Part shown: positions 12,959-24,580 of the stretch, piece by piece
Layout: each line of letters opens with the position of its first letter
Numbering within the stretch: position 1 is the first letter of the stretch
Source: Eledone cirrhosa
Taxonomy: Eukaryota
NCBI GenBank assembly: GCA_964016885.1
Contig: OZ024743.1
Location: 64,170,001-64,234,000, forward strand
Direction: 5' to 3'
DNA: 64,000 nt
Made by a program: the position numbers and the translations under genes
Notes under the pieces: model-generated
What the model saw: only the letters and a program-made list of their open reading frames with translations
Told to the model about the DNA's origin: nothing
Databases searched by the model: none

Positions 12959-14469
12959 ATGTTAAGCAACGATGATGATGATGTGTGTTTTTCATTAGTA
13001 ATATAGAAACAAAAGGGTTAATAGACATTAGATATGGTTTCCTTCTGGAACATGGATTCTCGATCAATTATAAATAAAACTGATAGAAAGTCACACATGA
13101 ACATTGCAGGGAGTGGTAAGCGGAATGGGTACAGGGTGGACAAGATGAAAGAAATAGGATAAAGAATAAACACAATTGAACAGTAGATATGTGTTTGAAA
13201 TATAAGCTGAGGAGTGATAATTTGTAGCTGTAAGACATATAATATAATAAAAACATGAAAATTACATGTCTCCTGTATAAATGACATTGTTCCTAATTAA
13301 ACCTAAGTTAATTAGCTGATTCAAACAAGCTCGGTTATCTAATAACTATTCAACTACCTATACATCTATAAATGTAAATATTTTTAATTGTTTCTATTTT
13401 TGGCACAAGGCCAGCAATTACTCAGTACACTACTGGTACTTTATTTTATCGAACCCGTAAGGATGAAAGGCAAAGTTAACCTCAGCGGGATTTGAACTCA
13501 GAATGGCAAGGGCCATAATTCCATGTGTCAAAGCATGGTGTCCGACCCTCTACTAATACTGCCAATCCACCGCCCCCCGTAAATATTTATAATAGCTATA
13601 TAACTGGCTATAATAGTTATAGGTAAATTTAAGAGCAACCCACCCTAGATTTCAGTGGGAAATATTTTTTTTTTTCAGTTTTTTCATGTGCTATCAAATA
13701 ATCTGGCCTCCAAGATTCTCACAATGGACTTTTTCCTGGAAAGTGGGGACGTTTTAAATGGAACATACAACAGGTCTAAAATAATACATGAGCCTCGCAA
13801 GATGGAATGGCTCTTCCAGCCCTTGCCATCCTCTGGGGAACCACATTCCCCACTCTATCTGCCGTGGCCAGCATGCGGGACCCCCTTTCTCATAATAGTG
13901 AGAGATTTTGGCGGTGACAGTGGGAGTTTGGCTCCTCTGTGTTCGTACCTGGTGTTTGTGTATGTGCATACTTACTGTCTTATCATATAGACATATTTAT
14001 CAATTGATCACATAGATATATATATGTTTTCTTCTACTTAATCAACTCTCTACCCAGGGCCGGATTTACCAAAGTTTTGCAAATTTTGAGACAACAGATT
14101 GCTATCAGACCAATATTCTATTAAAAAGTATTTAATATCAGCCCCCCCCCCTTCCCCTCCTCCTCCAGACAAGCAGACAGGCAGACAGACAGACATGTGT
14201 ACGTATTAGCAATGGTGTTCAGTTCTTATTTTTAGAGATGAGCATTGCAAAAGTCTCCAGTATTCAGTCTTGTTTGTTTCTTTTGTCACCATCATTATTA
14301 TCACTATGTAACACCTATTTTCTCTGCTGTCATGGGTTAGATGGGTTGTCATGTCCTGAGACTACATACCTCAGGTGACTATGTCTTGCTCAGACATTCC
14401 ATTTTTTTGGCTTGGTTTTTATAGTTGGAGGCCCTTTTTAACACCAACTATGTCATGGCATGTACCAGG

Positions 14470-15020
14470 TGTGTTTTATCATGTCATTGCCACTACCACT
14501 TTTTATTGTGGCACCAGCACTATCTCTTTACAGAGTATGCTAGGTGCATTTATCTTGGCACCAGTGCTACCACTTTACAGAGTGTACTGAGTGCATTTAT
14601 TGTGCCAGCAGTGCTACCACTTTACAAAGTGGTCTAGGTGCATCATTTATCATGACACCAGTGCTACCACTTTACAGAGTAGGCTTGGGTCATTTATCAT
14701 GGCACCAGTACTACCACTTTAAAGAGTGGACTGGGTGTATTTATCATGACACCAGTGCTACCACTTTAAAGAGTGGACTGGGTGTATTTATCATGACACC
14801 AGTGCTACCACTTTACAGAGTGGGCTTGGTGCATTTATCATGGCACCAGTGCTACCACTTTACAGAGTAGGCTGGGTGTATTTATCATGACACCAGTGCT
14901 ACCACTTTACAGAGTAGGCTGGGTGTATTTATCATGACACCAGTGCTACCACTTTACAGAGTGGACTGGGTGTATTTATCATGACACCTGTGCTACAACT
15001 TTACAGAGTGGGCTGGGAGC
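14470..15020. repeat. 47-bp minisatellite expanded from the RTE 3' UTR subrepeat (similar degenerate array ~5540-5910, reverse)
   Basis: ATCATGACACCAGTGCTACCACTTTACAGAGT(A/G)G(G/A)CTGGGTGTATTT units, contiguous with an RTE tail at ~14290-14470. Confidence 0.85.
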
Positions 15021-15407
15021 ACTTACACATTAATTCCTGAGCTAGGCATTCAGATTCAGATAGAATAATTGACATTTACATCATCTGAGGATAAGTCAAG
15101 TAGCTTTAGAGATGATCTTTTAACACAGCTATGATGTATCTAAACTATAATAAAGGAAGGTCTGCGGGACTGCGTACGGTTTTTTTTTTATCCCATTAGT
15201 AAAATAAGTTGGATTACTTTGAATAAATAATGAATGAATATTAGATAATTTATCTACTAAATTTCGTAAACAAAAATAATTTCGTAAAAATAAATAATTT
15301 AAAATTGACTTCTTTTCAAAGTTGCACTTCCGGTATATCGTTGCCACCACCACTACTTCAACTACCATATATATAGAAAGAGAGAGTGTGTAATGTCAAC
15401 ACTTCCA

Positions 15408-15681
15408 GTGGTGATCACTTAAATAAACATACTAATTTTCTGTCACTAATTTTCTCCTAATGCAGTTTATATATAATATCGTCTTTTTTTAATGTATCAT
15501 GGATTACGTTACTGATTACATAAGACAGTGTAACACAGTCTTCGTTTAATTTCTGTGTATATTGTAAATTACTATTTTATTTGATGTATCATGTCTACAT
15601 GTATATATACTTGCGTATAATATCAATATACACACTACACATGCTAGCAGAAAACCACCCGAAAGGTGGTTTTTCTGCTAG
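15408..15681 (+). mobile_element. Non-autonomous Helitron-like 3' end (second copy ~37400-37760)
   Basis: ~270 bp shared by two copies, ending in hairpin CTAGCAGAAAACCACC-cgaaa-GGTGGTTTTTCTGCTAG followed by T. Confidence 0.6.
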
Positions 15682-17699
15682 TATTAATAATGATTTCTAC
15701 TATAAGCACAAGGCCAGCAATTTGAAGGGGAGGGAAATGTCTATTAAATCAACCCCTGTGCATTACTGGTACTTTATTTTATCGACCCGTAAGGACGAAA
15801 GGTAAAGTTAACCTTGGCGGGATTTGAACTAAGAACGTAAAATGTCCTAATTCTATGCCGCGAAGCATGTTGTCCGACACTCTACCAATACTGCCAATAT
15901 ATAATAATAATTGTTTCTACTTTTGGCACAAGGCCAGCAATTATCCCAGTGTATTACTGGTACTTTATTTTATCGACCCCTTAAGGATGAAAGACAAAGT
16001 TAACCTCGGCGGGATTTGAACTCAGACCATAAAGGGGTGTAATTCTTTGCTGCAAAGCATGGCATCCAGCCCTCTACCGAGACTGCCAATCCGCCAATAT
16101 ATAATAATAATGAAAATTATTATGTACAGTGGTCAGGTGCACTACAATACATCAAGGTGCATGTATAGTACATAGAATAATATACAAAAGTCAGGAAAGT
16201 GAACAGTGTATGAGTCATGATACACACCCACACACGTACATGTGTGTGTGTCTGGAAGAAGAGTCATGTTATATCTTAAGATACAACCTTTCAGATGTTA
16301 TTTATGCATCCTAAGTAGACGAAAGATCAAAAAGAACAATTCTGTATCGTTAAAACACCTTATAGTCCATTATCTTGTTTTATCTCCTTATCTGTGTGTT
16401 TCTTGTACGTCATCTATATGTATTTATAACTCTTCAGTCTTTATCAAGATAAATGTTAATGTTTATATCTTGTTAATACAGATAGTATTGAAGGAATTCC
16501 TTCACTTATTCATTACAGTGACTAAGTAGACAGGGGAATTCCTTTAATATCATTTGTATTAACATTCTAATCAGCAGGCTGTTAGGTTAGGCTGTTTGGC
16601 TTACAATCATAGTGTCATGGGTTTGATTCCAAAACCAGCTTTTTTCAGGTGGGTGTTGACAATACTAATGGTTTCTGAACAAAATACTGGGTATGTGATA
16701 ACCTCTCTAGTACTATAGATGATAGCGAAGGCTTATAGCTTAGTGGTTAGAGTGTTGGACTTGCAATTGTGAGGTTCTGAGTTCAATTCTCAGACTGGGT
16801 AATATGTCTTTGGGAAAGACGCTATATTTCAAGTTGCTCCAGTTGCCTTTCCCTTGGATGATATTGGTGGTGTAAGGGGGGAGACCGGTATGCATGGGCA
16901 ACGGCTGGTCTTCCACAAACAACTTTGCCCAAAGAACTTTCTAGGTACAAATCTCCTGGTCACTCATGACCAAAAAGGATCCTTACCCTTTACTATAGAT
17001 GATGTGGTTGTACTAGACTACCAGGGAAGGTGCATGGCTTAGTGGTTAGGGTGTTGGGCTCACAAACATAAAGCCATGAGTTAAATTCTTTGACTGGGTG
17101 GTGCGTTGTGTTCTTGAGCAATACACTTCATTTCACATTACTCCAGGCAACTAAACTGAGACAAGTACTTACAGCAGCAATAGTAGGCTGGAGTAAACCA
17201 TGATGTATTTACATCCTCTCCAGGGGGAAGTCTTGTATTTTGAGTCACCTAGCACCAATGAAACCAAGATAAGCTCCAGCCTGGTGAGCCTCCAAGTATG
17301 GGACAGACTTCAACTCTGAGATGGACTGGAATCCTGTCCAGTGGCGAGTCTTTGTACTATTAGACTCTAAATGCCTAAAGAAAACTGGGATAAGATATAT
17401 ATATATATATCATCATCATCATCATCATCCTCACCGTTTTATGTCCATTCTTCCATGCTAGGATGGGTTAAACGAGTTATCCTGTTGTGGGCAATGCCAG
17501 GTCGGTGACCATGTCTTGCTCATACAGAACTGATTTTGGCTTGATTTCTACAGCTAGATGCCCTTCCTAACACCAACCTCATTTACAGTGTGTACTGGGT
17601 GCTTTTTACCATGGCGCCTACACAACATATATATATATATAAGATGTATACATGTGTAAGATGCATATATGTGTAAGACGAATCTTTATGTAAGATATA

Positions 17700-18407
17700 C
17701 AGGGTGCAGACGATACTTGTTCGCAAGATTACTGTCTAGGAAAAAAATAACACAGTAGTTTTATTTTTTAAGATATATTTATCAAACTTGGGTCAGTTTG
17801 TCTTTCGATCGCACTCGATAAACCCGCCATTGGCTTTGATGACGGCCACAAGGCGGCCTCGGAACTGGCTACAGGCCTTTGTCACTGTCCCCCAACTTAG
17901 GCCCCTAAAGGCACTTGTGATCCTGGCCTTCAGATCGTCTTTCGTATTGCAGCTAGATCTGTTGGTGTCTCGTTCCACTGCGCCCCACACAAAGAAGTCA
18001 AGGGGGTTGCAGTCAGGCGAGCTGGGAGGCCAGATGTCAGGTGAAGTGTGGTCGACGAAGTTCTCTGGCAGGGCGCTGAGTCTTGCTGCCACACGTACGG
18101 CCTACCTGCAGCTACCTGGTCGATCCAGGGCTTTACTACCTCGCTCAGGACCTTTTCCACCATTCTCCTGCTGACGCTGAAAAAGTCAGAATTTTCTTTA
18201 TTTGTCCTCCCGGCACGGATTCCAAGAAGAACTCCGTGTCTCTTCCACAAATTTGGAGGTTCAAAATTATTCATAATCAATTATTCTGAAAATAAATAAT
18301 GGAAATATAGTCACTGTTTTTATAAAGACAAGAGTGACAACGGAAGTAAAAAAAATTTGCATAAAATTAGCAGTTGAAAATTGCGAACAAATATCATCCA
18401 CACCCTG
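17700..18407 (-). mobile_element. Internally deleted Tc1/mariner transposon (maT/DD37D-like)
   Basis: 27-bp TIRs CAGGGTGcaGAcGATAcTTGTTCGCAA (4 mismatches), TA flanks; N-terminal HTH start fused to VVKPWI...WQQDSAP...WPPSSPDCNPLDFFVWG. Confidence 0.92.
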
Positions 18408-18474
18408 TATATATAACATCATCATCATTTAACATCTATTTTTCCATGCTTGAATAGCTTAGACATGTGTACTA

Positions 18475-18508
<34 letters not shown>

Positions 18509-18917
18509 CATCTTACAAATATATATAATTGTGTGTGTGTGTATGTAAAAGATATATACATGTAAGATATATATACACGAGTAAGGTGTTTATAAGATTT
18601 ATATGTGCATGTGTGTAAGCTACTGTTGTTGTCTGTCGGCTCAAGTGGCTAAGACTGTGTTTTATGAGATAGGTGACCACCACACTCCATAGATGGAATG
18701 TACTAACAGGCTCACACAGATTTGAGGGAAGATAACTTCCCCACACACCTACCCTCTGTACTAACAGTACTCTTGATATTTCTGGGGCTTAGAACTTCCA
18801 TCCATATCTTCCAACATATCTTTCCTATCTGGGAGTTTGTATGTCCCAGTGGGAACTTTCCAGCTCATCATTCTAATCCAACCAACACATTCCTCAGTTA
18901 CATGTCTGGTGCCTACA

Positions 18918-18967
<50 letters not shown>

Positions 18968-18997
18968 TTTGTCCCTATCTCTCTCTCCCCCTTTGTC

Positions 18998-19070
<73 letters not shown>

Positions 19071-19239
19071 TCTTTCTCCATATGTATACATATATGTATT
19101 GCGAGCCGATCCCAAATTCCTGAAGGAGATGATGAAAGAACGCAGTTAGTAGATGAGGGATGCTGTGCTGCAAAAGACCCATCCAACCCATGCAACTCTG
19201 GAAAAGCAGGCATAAAATGGTGATGATGATGATGATAAT

Positions 19240-19279
<40 letters not shown>

Positions 19280-19389
19280 AATGTGTATTTAAAATATCCT
19301 AGTACATAAAACCTTCAAGCATTAACTGAATGAGTACTCAATACTGGTTGGTAAAGTGTAGAAATTTATTTTTTAAGTAGAAAAGTGGC

Positions 19390-19426
<37 letters not shown>

Positions 19427-19539
19427 AGGGAGTGTAACACAGAGTTACTGTAGGTTCACCCGGGTGAGCACTCGTTGTTTAGGTTCACGTCGGTATCAAG
19501 GTATAGAGCTAGACAGAGTGTAGTATAATAGAATAAGCA

Positions 19540-20241
19540 CATCTCTAAAATTGTCAAGGGGGCCAAGGGTGTCTTAGCATCACTCAGCAAGACCTTTGTC
19601 AGCCGCTCTCCAGATATCTATTTAAGGCTGTACATGGCTATGGTGCGGCCACACTTAGAATTTGCATCACCAGTCCGGAACCCCTATCTTGCTCAGAATA
19701 TTGACCGCCTGGAAACTGTTCAGAGACGTGCAACCAAGCGAATACCCTCCATCAGGCATCTACCATACTCTGAGCGCCTTGCTTCCCTGGGCATGGATAC
19801 ATTGAAGCTCCGACGCCTGGCAACTGACTTGGTAAACACCCACAAAATTGTTAACCATCTTGCCAGCAACAACCCTGAATACCTTTTTGATTTCCATGTG
19901 TCTAACACACGTGGACATGCCCACAAAGTCAGAAAACAGCACAGTTCCCATGACTTTCGGAAACATTTTTTCACGCTCAGAGTTGCTGAAGCATGGAACA
20001 AACTACCTGCATCAGTTGTTAGCTGTCGAAACACTGCATCCTTTAAGGCCTCCATGCTTCCCAAGATGCATCAACACTACAGCTAATGTTCCCCCTCCAT
20101 ACACATGAATACCATGACTCATACACTCTTCACTTCCCTGACATTTGTGTATTATTCTATGTACTATACATACACCTTTGACGAGTTGTAGTGCACCTGA
20201 GCACTTTACACAATAATTTCATTATTATTATTATTATTATT
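19540..20241 (+). mobile_element. CR1-clade LINE 3' end
   Basis: VRPHLEFASPV..P...LETVQRRATK...YSERL..L...L..RR..DL...TRGH...RKHFFTLRV...WNKLP; 3' UTR and (ATT)n tail; shorter copies ~11730-12050, ~16100-16225(-), ~52700-53030. Confidence 0.92.
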
Positions 20242-20810
20242 AAAACAAGGACGAATGGTTACTCCTTCATTACGTTTATTGGTTGCTGACGTGCGTTTCA
20301 CTATTGATCAGCTCAAGGTTCGATCTGTAATGTCATTACTACCACAGACGTCTGATGAGCCATTGATTACAGAGTCAGGCTAGATCGATTCAGATTGAAC
20401 CTTGAGCTGATCAATAGCAAAACGTGTGTCACCAACCAATAAACGTAATGAAGGTGTAACTATTCGTCCTTGTTTTATTTTATTATATATATATATATAT
20501 AATATGTAGAAAAGATAACACTCGAGCACATAATTTACAAGGACTAACGTGAGTCTATGACTCCGTTAATTTATTTTGATATATATATATGTAAAAAGTA
20601 AACAGAAATAACAAAGAAAACAACAGAGTGCATTGAAGAAATATATTAGTTTAATGCTTGAAATAAAAGGAAAAGAGTTTTAGTGTTTCAGACACTAGTC
20701 CTTCAACAGAATATAGAAATAGAAGTAAAGGATAAAATAGAAAGATAGAGAGTGAGAAGAGGAAAGAATGGGGGAAAAACACACGTGTGTATTCAATCAG
20801 TCATTTTGGA

Positions 20811-20856
<46 letters not shown>

Positions 20857-21291
20857 CTAGCTGGAATACCACCTTCCAGACAGTTTTCCACCAATGTTAG
20901 TATGTGTATGTGTGTGTTAGTACGTGGATATGTGTGTGCATCTGTGTGTGTGTGTGTGTGTGTGTGTTTTGTAATGTATGTATCAATGTGTACAAATATA
21001 TGAAAAGAGAAAATAACATTTTTCGCATATTTCTGATGCAAATGATAAGAACTCCCACCAACATATTTTGACTTGCGGTATATTTATATTAATACAACAT
21101 TTATTCTCTACAAAATGGTGACACCCAGTTTAATTAAGTGAAGATGGGATATGAACCAGTAATAAACAGAGGCATGATTAAAACAAACCAGCACAGCACC
21201 TCCAATGAGATTTGAACCTGTACCAATTTTGAATAAAGCAAGTTTTTTTTATCAACTCTCTCATCATCATCCTTTTTATCATCATTATTTA

Positions 21292-21858
21292 ATGGGCAGT
21301 GGATTGGCAGTATCAGTAGAGGGTCGGACGCCATGCTTTGCAGCACAGTTACGTCCCTTTACGGACTGAGTTCAAAACCCGCCGAGGTTAACTTTGCCTT
21401 TCATCCTTAAGGGGTCGATAAAATAATGTACCAGTAATACACTGCGATAATTGCTGGCCTTGTGCCAAAAGTAGAAACAATTATTTAATGGGCGGTGGAT
21501 TGGCAGTATCGGTAGAGGGTCGGACGCCATGCTTTCTAGCATAGTTACGTCCCTTTACGATCTGAGTTCAAATCCCGCCGAGGTTAACTTTGCCTTTCAT
21601 CCTTACGGGGGTCGATAAAATAAAGTACCAGTAATGTACTGGGTAATTGATGGCCTTGTGCCAAAAGTAGAAACAATTATTTAATGGGCGGTGGATTGGC
21701 AGTATCGGTAGAGGCTCGGACATACATAGAGTTACGGCCCTTGCCATTCTGATTTCAAATCCCGCCGAGGTTAACTTTGCCTTTCATCCTTACGGGTTCG
21801 ATAAAATAAAGTACCAGTAATGCACTGGCCTTGTGCCAAAAGTAGAAAGAATTATTTA
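21292..21858 (+). mobile_element. Tandem array of 3 copies of the same SINE
   Basis: Three consecutive GGGC(A/G)GTGGATTGGCAG...AGAAA(C/G)AATTATTT units; other copies at 1-82, 13386-13578(-), 15690-16098(-, two), 23357-23548, 31143-31320(-), 47586-47780, 49750-50077(-), 59320-59690. Confidence 0.85.
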
Positions 21859-22729
21859 ATGTCTACTTTCCTTGCTTGCAAGAGTTGGGACTGATTCAGT
21901 ACTGAAGCGGGGATGCTGACGTCTCAGTTAGGCTGGGTATCCACAACTCATTATACAGTCCCACATTCTTCTGAGTGCATTTTATTGTGTAGATTACCAA
22001 CACTAAGGAGGTTGTCCTTGACACAACTAAAGAATTCTCTAAACCTTTGTTTGGCAAGCTTTCTATATCTGAATGCCCTTCTTATCACCAAACACTCTAC
22101 AATGAATACTAGGTGTATTTATAATGTAGATCACCACTGGGGAAGTTGTAATGTCCTTGACACAATATATATGTATATGTAGAAATATCTGTAGGATATG
22201 GAGATATGGTCAATATTGGGCCTTGAAACCTTAGCTAGCACTTTTGTTCCAAGAATGAATATAAATAAATATATATATATACTATAAATTATGTCGATAG
22301 AATCATTTGACTGATTCTGGCTTGATTTTTACAGCTGGATGCCCTTCCTAACACCAACCTCATTTACAGTGAGTGCTGGGTGCTTTCCCACACACCTACC
22401 CCCTGTACTAACAGTACTCTTGATATTTCTGGGGCTTGGAACTATATATATATATTTTTAATACAATAACAGAGATAGTTTAAAGCTAAACTCTGACTGG
22501 TAACCATCTCACTCAACAAACATTAGGTTATATTTAAATATAAACCCAATTTAAGTGTTTGGGGTGCTAACAATATGTATAATGTGGAAAAACCAGTTGT
22601 ATTATTTTATGAGATATAATTAAAGTTAAAGTATATCTCTCTTTCCAAACAATTGTTTCATTATAAGTTTTCTACAAGTTGGGAGAATATTTCCAGTTTA
22701 TGTAGAAGCCTAATATATATTCATGTAAG

Positions 22730-22990
22730 AATATATTTAGGTGGGCGCTTATAAATCATCAGTGGAAGCCCATTAAACTTTGATATAAGAAAGAAATTCT
22801 TACCGCAGTCAAAAATCGTGTCTGTTAAGTTGCTCCTTCTCGCATCGAATGACCGCGAAATTTGAATTCCAGCAGTTTTTGACTGAGGAAGTATCATAGC
22901 GACACGAAGCGGGAAGGTGAGACAACTACGATCCACGAAAGGAGGAAAAAATAATATACACGCGGGTTAATTAGTTTTTTCGAAAACATT
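22730..22990. promoter_or_regulatory. CpG-enriched unique patch, possible promoter or non-coding first exon
   Basis: Many CpGs in an otherwise CpG-poor region, TTATAAAT at ~22750, donor-like AAG|GTGAGA at ~22916; no repeat hallmark seen. Confidence 0.3.
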
Positions 22991-23559
22991 ATCAATCCAA
23001 CGTGTTAAGAACTCAATTGAAAATAAAAAAAAATAAATATATGCGTGTATAAATTACACACGCATATAGATATTTTCTTAGGCTAAAATCAGAAGTATAT
23101 ATATATATATACATTAAAGAAATATATTTCACCAATTAATCGAATGGTAAACCATGGAGGCCGGTACTTGGATTTTCAACAAGGAAGAAGTCCAGCGAAC
23201 TATGTTTACACTTCAAGTTCAAATCATATATATATATATATATCATTATCATCATCATCATCATCATCATTTTAGGAAATATATATATATGTATATATAT
23301 TATATATATATATATCATATATTATATAATATATATATATCATATATTATATAATAGGGCGGTGAATTGGCAGTATCGGTAGAGGGTCGGACGCCTTGCT
23401 TTGACGCATAGAGTTACGGCCCTTGCCATTCTGAGTTCAAATCCCGCCGAGGTTAACTTTGCCTTTCATCCTTGCGGGGTCGATAAAATAAAGTACCAGT
23501 AATGTACTGGGTAATTGCTGGCCTTGTGCCAATAGTAGAAACAATTATATAATATATAT

Positions 23560-23596
<37 letters not shown>

Positions 23597-23599
23597 AAT

Positions 23600-24412
23600 A
23601 TCATCATCATCATCATCATCAACGTTTAACGTCCGTGTTCCACGCTTGCATGGGTTTGGACGGGGGTAGTCCCACTTGAGGCAAGAGTGATTGTCTTGCT
23701 CGCATAGGACTGTCTGGCAGGTTTTCTACAGTTGGATGCCCTTCCTAACACCAACCACATTTACAGTGTGGGTCTGGGAGGTTTTTACCGTGTTGCCTAC
23801 ACGGCCACATTACAGCGTGGACTGTGTGTTTTTTTGTCGTGACACCTACACGATCTCATTTGTTTCGGCCTCGATGGCGCGGCACCAACATAACTTTACA
23901 TAGAACGGGGTGGTGTGGATGGGGTGGGGTGGGGGTGGTGGGACGGGGTGTATTTTGTTAGAGATGCCTACTGGCTGGAGTAGGTTTTACTATATATTTA
24001 GGTAAGGCGGGTCTTCTCTGTTACTGAGTACCGCCAAAGGTCTCGGTCCAGTGACATTGTCTTGGAGAGGTGTAAGTGTGTGATGTCGGAGTTTATCAGC
24101 TCGTCCCAGGTTTTTCTAGGTCTGCCTATTCCGTGACTACCGTCTATCTTTATTGCCCTGCACTTTGTTATACAGCTATCGACTTTCATGCGCATCACGT
24201 GTCCATACCAACGTAGGCTTCTCTCGAGTAAACAACATCTGATCCCTCTTATCTCTAATTTTTTCCTTAGTTCGTTTATGCTTTGCCGTTCACGTATATT
24301 ACTGTTACACATCCAGCGGAGCATGCAAGCTTCGTTCCTCTCTAGTCTGCGTATATCCTCTGCACACAATGCCCAGGTCTCACTGCCATGCAGCATTGCT
24401 GTTCGTATGCAG
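23600..24412 (-). mobile_element. RTE-clade LINE 3' fragment, near-identical to 3797-4743
   Basis: Same peptide (track ORF 23998-24447) and same 3' UTR in reverse orientation. Confidence 0.9.
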
Positions 24413-24540
24413 ATATATATATATATATTTCCTAGAGATGGTGACATGAATAGACCTGTTATTTTTCTCTAAAATTTTTTTTCTGTTTCCTCCACTGCCC
24501 AGTATCCTCAATTATGCTATTTCTTCTTTAATTCTCATTC

Positions 24541-24580
24541 TATTTCCTGATGAAGGACTTGCGTCCGAAATGTTAACTCT
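24541..24580 (+). ncRNA. Hammerhead core in Penelope-like 3' tail fragment
   Basis: CTGATGA-A-GGAC-ttgc-GTCC-GAAA-TGTTA; related copies on - strand at ~38405-38440 (GAAACGTT palindrome) and, decayed, at ~20680-20710. Confidence 0.65.

Noticed and set aside
13655-13990. 111-aa ORF
   Set aside because: No coherent domain; only a faint WPPR/MDFFL trace of a decayed Tc1/mariner, too weak to annotate.
3797-24412. Near-identical RTE copies in inverted orientation ~19 kb apart as ends of one large element
   Set aside because: Different 5' truncation points and separate tails indicate independent LINE insertions.
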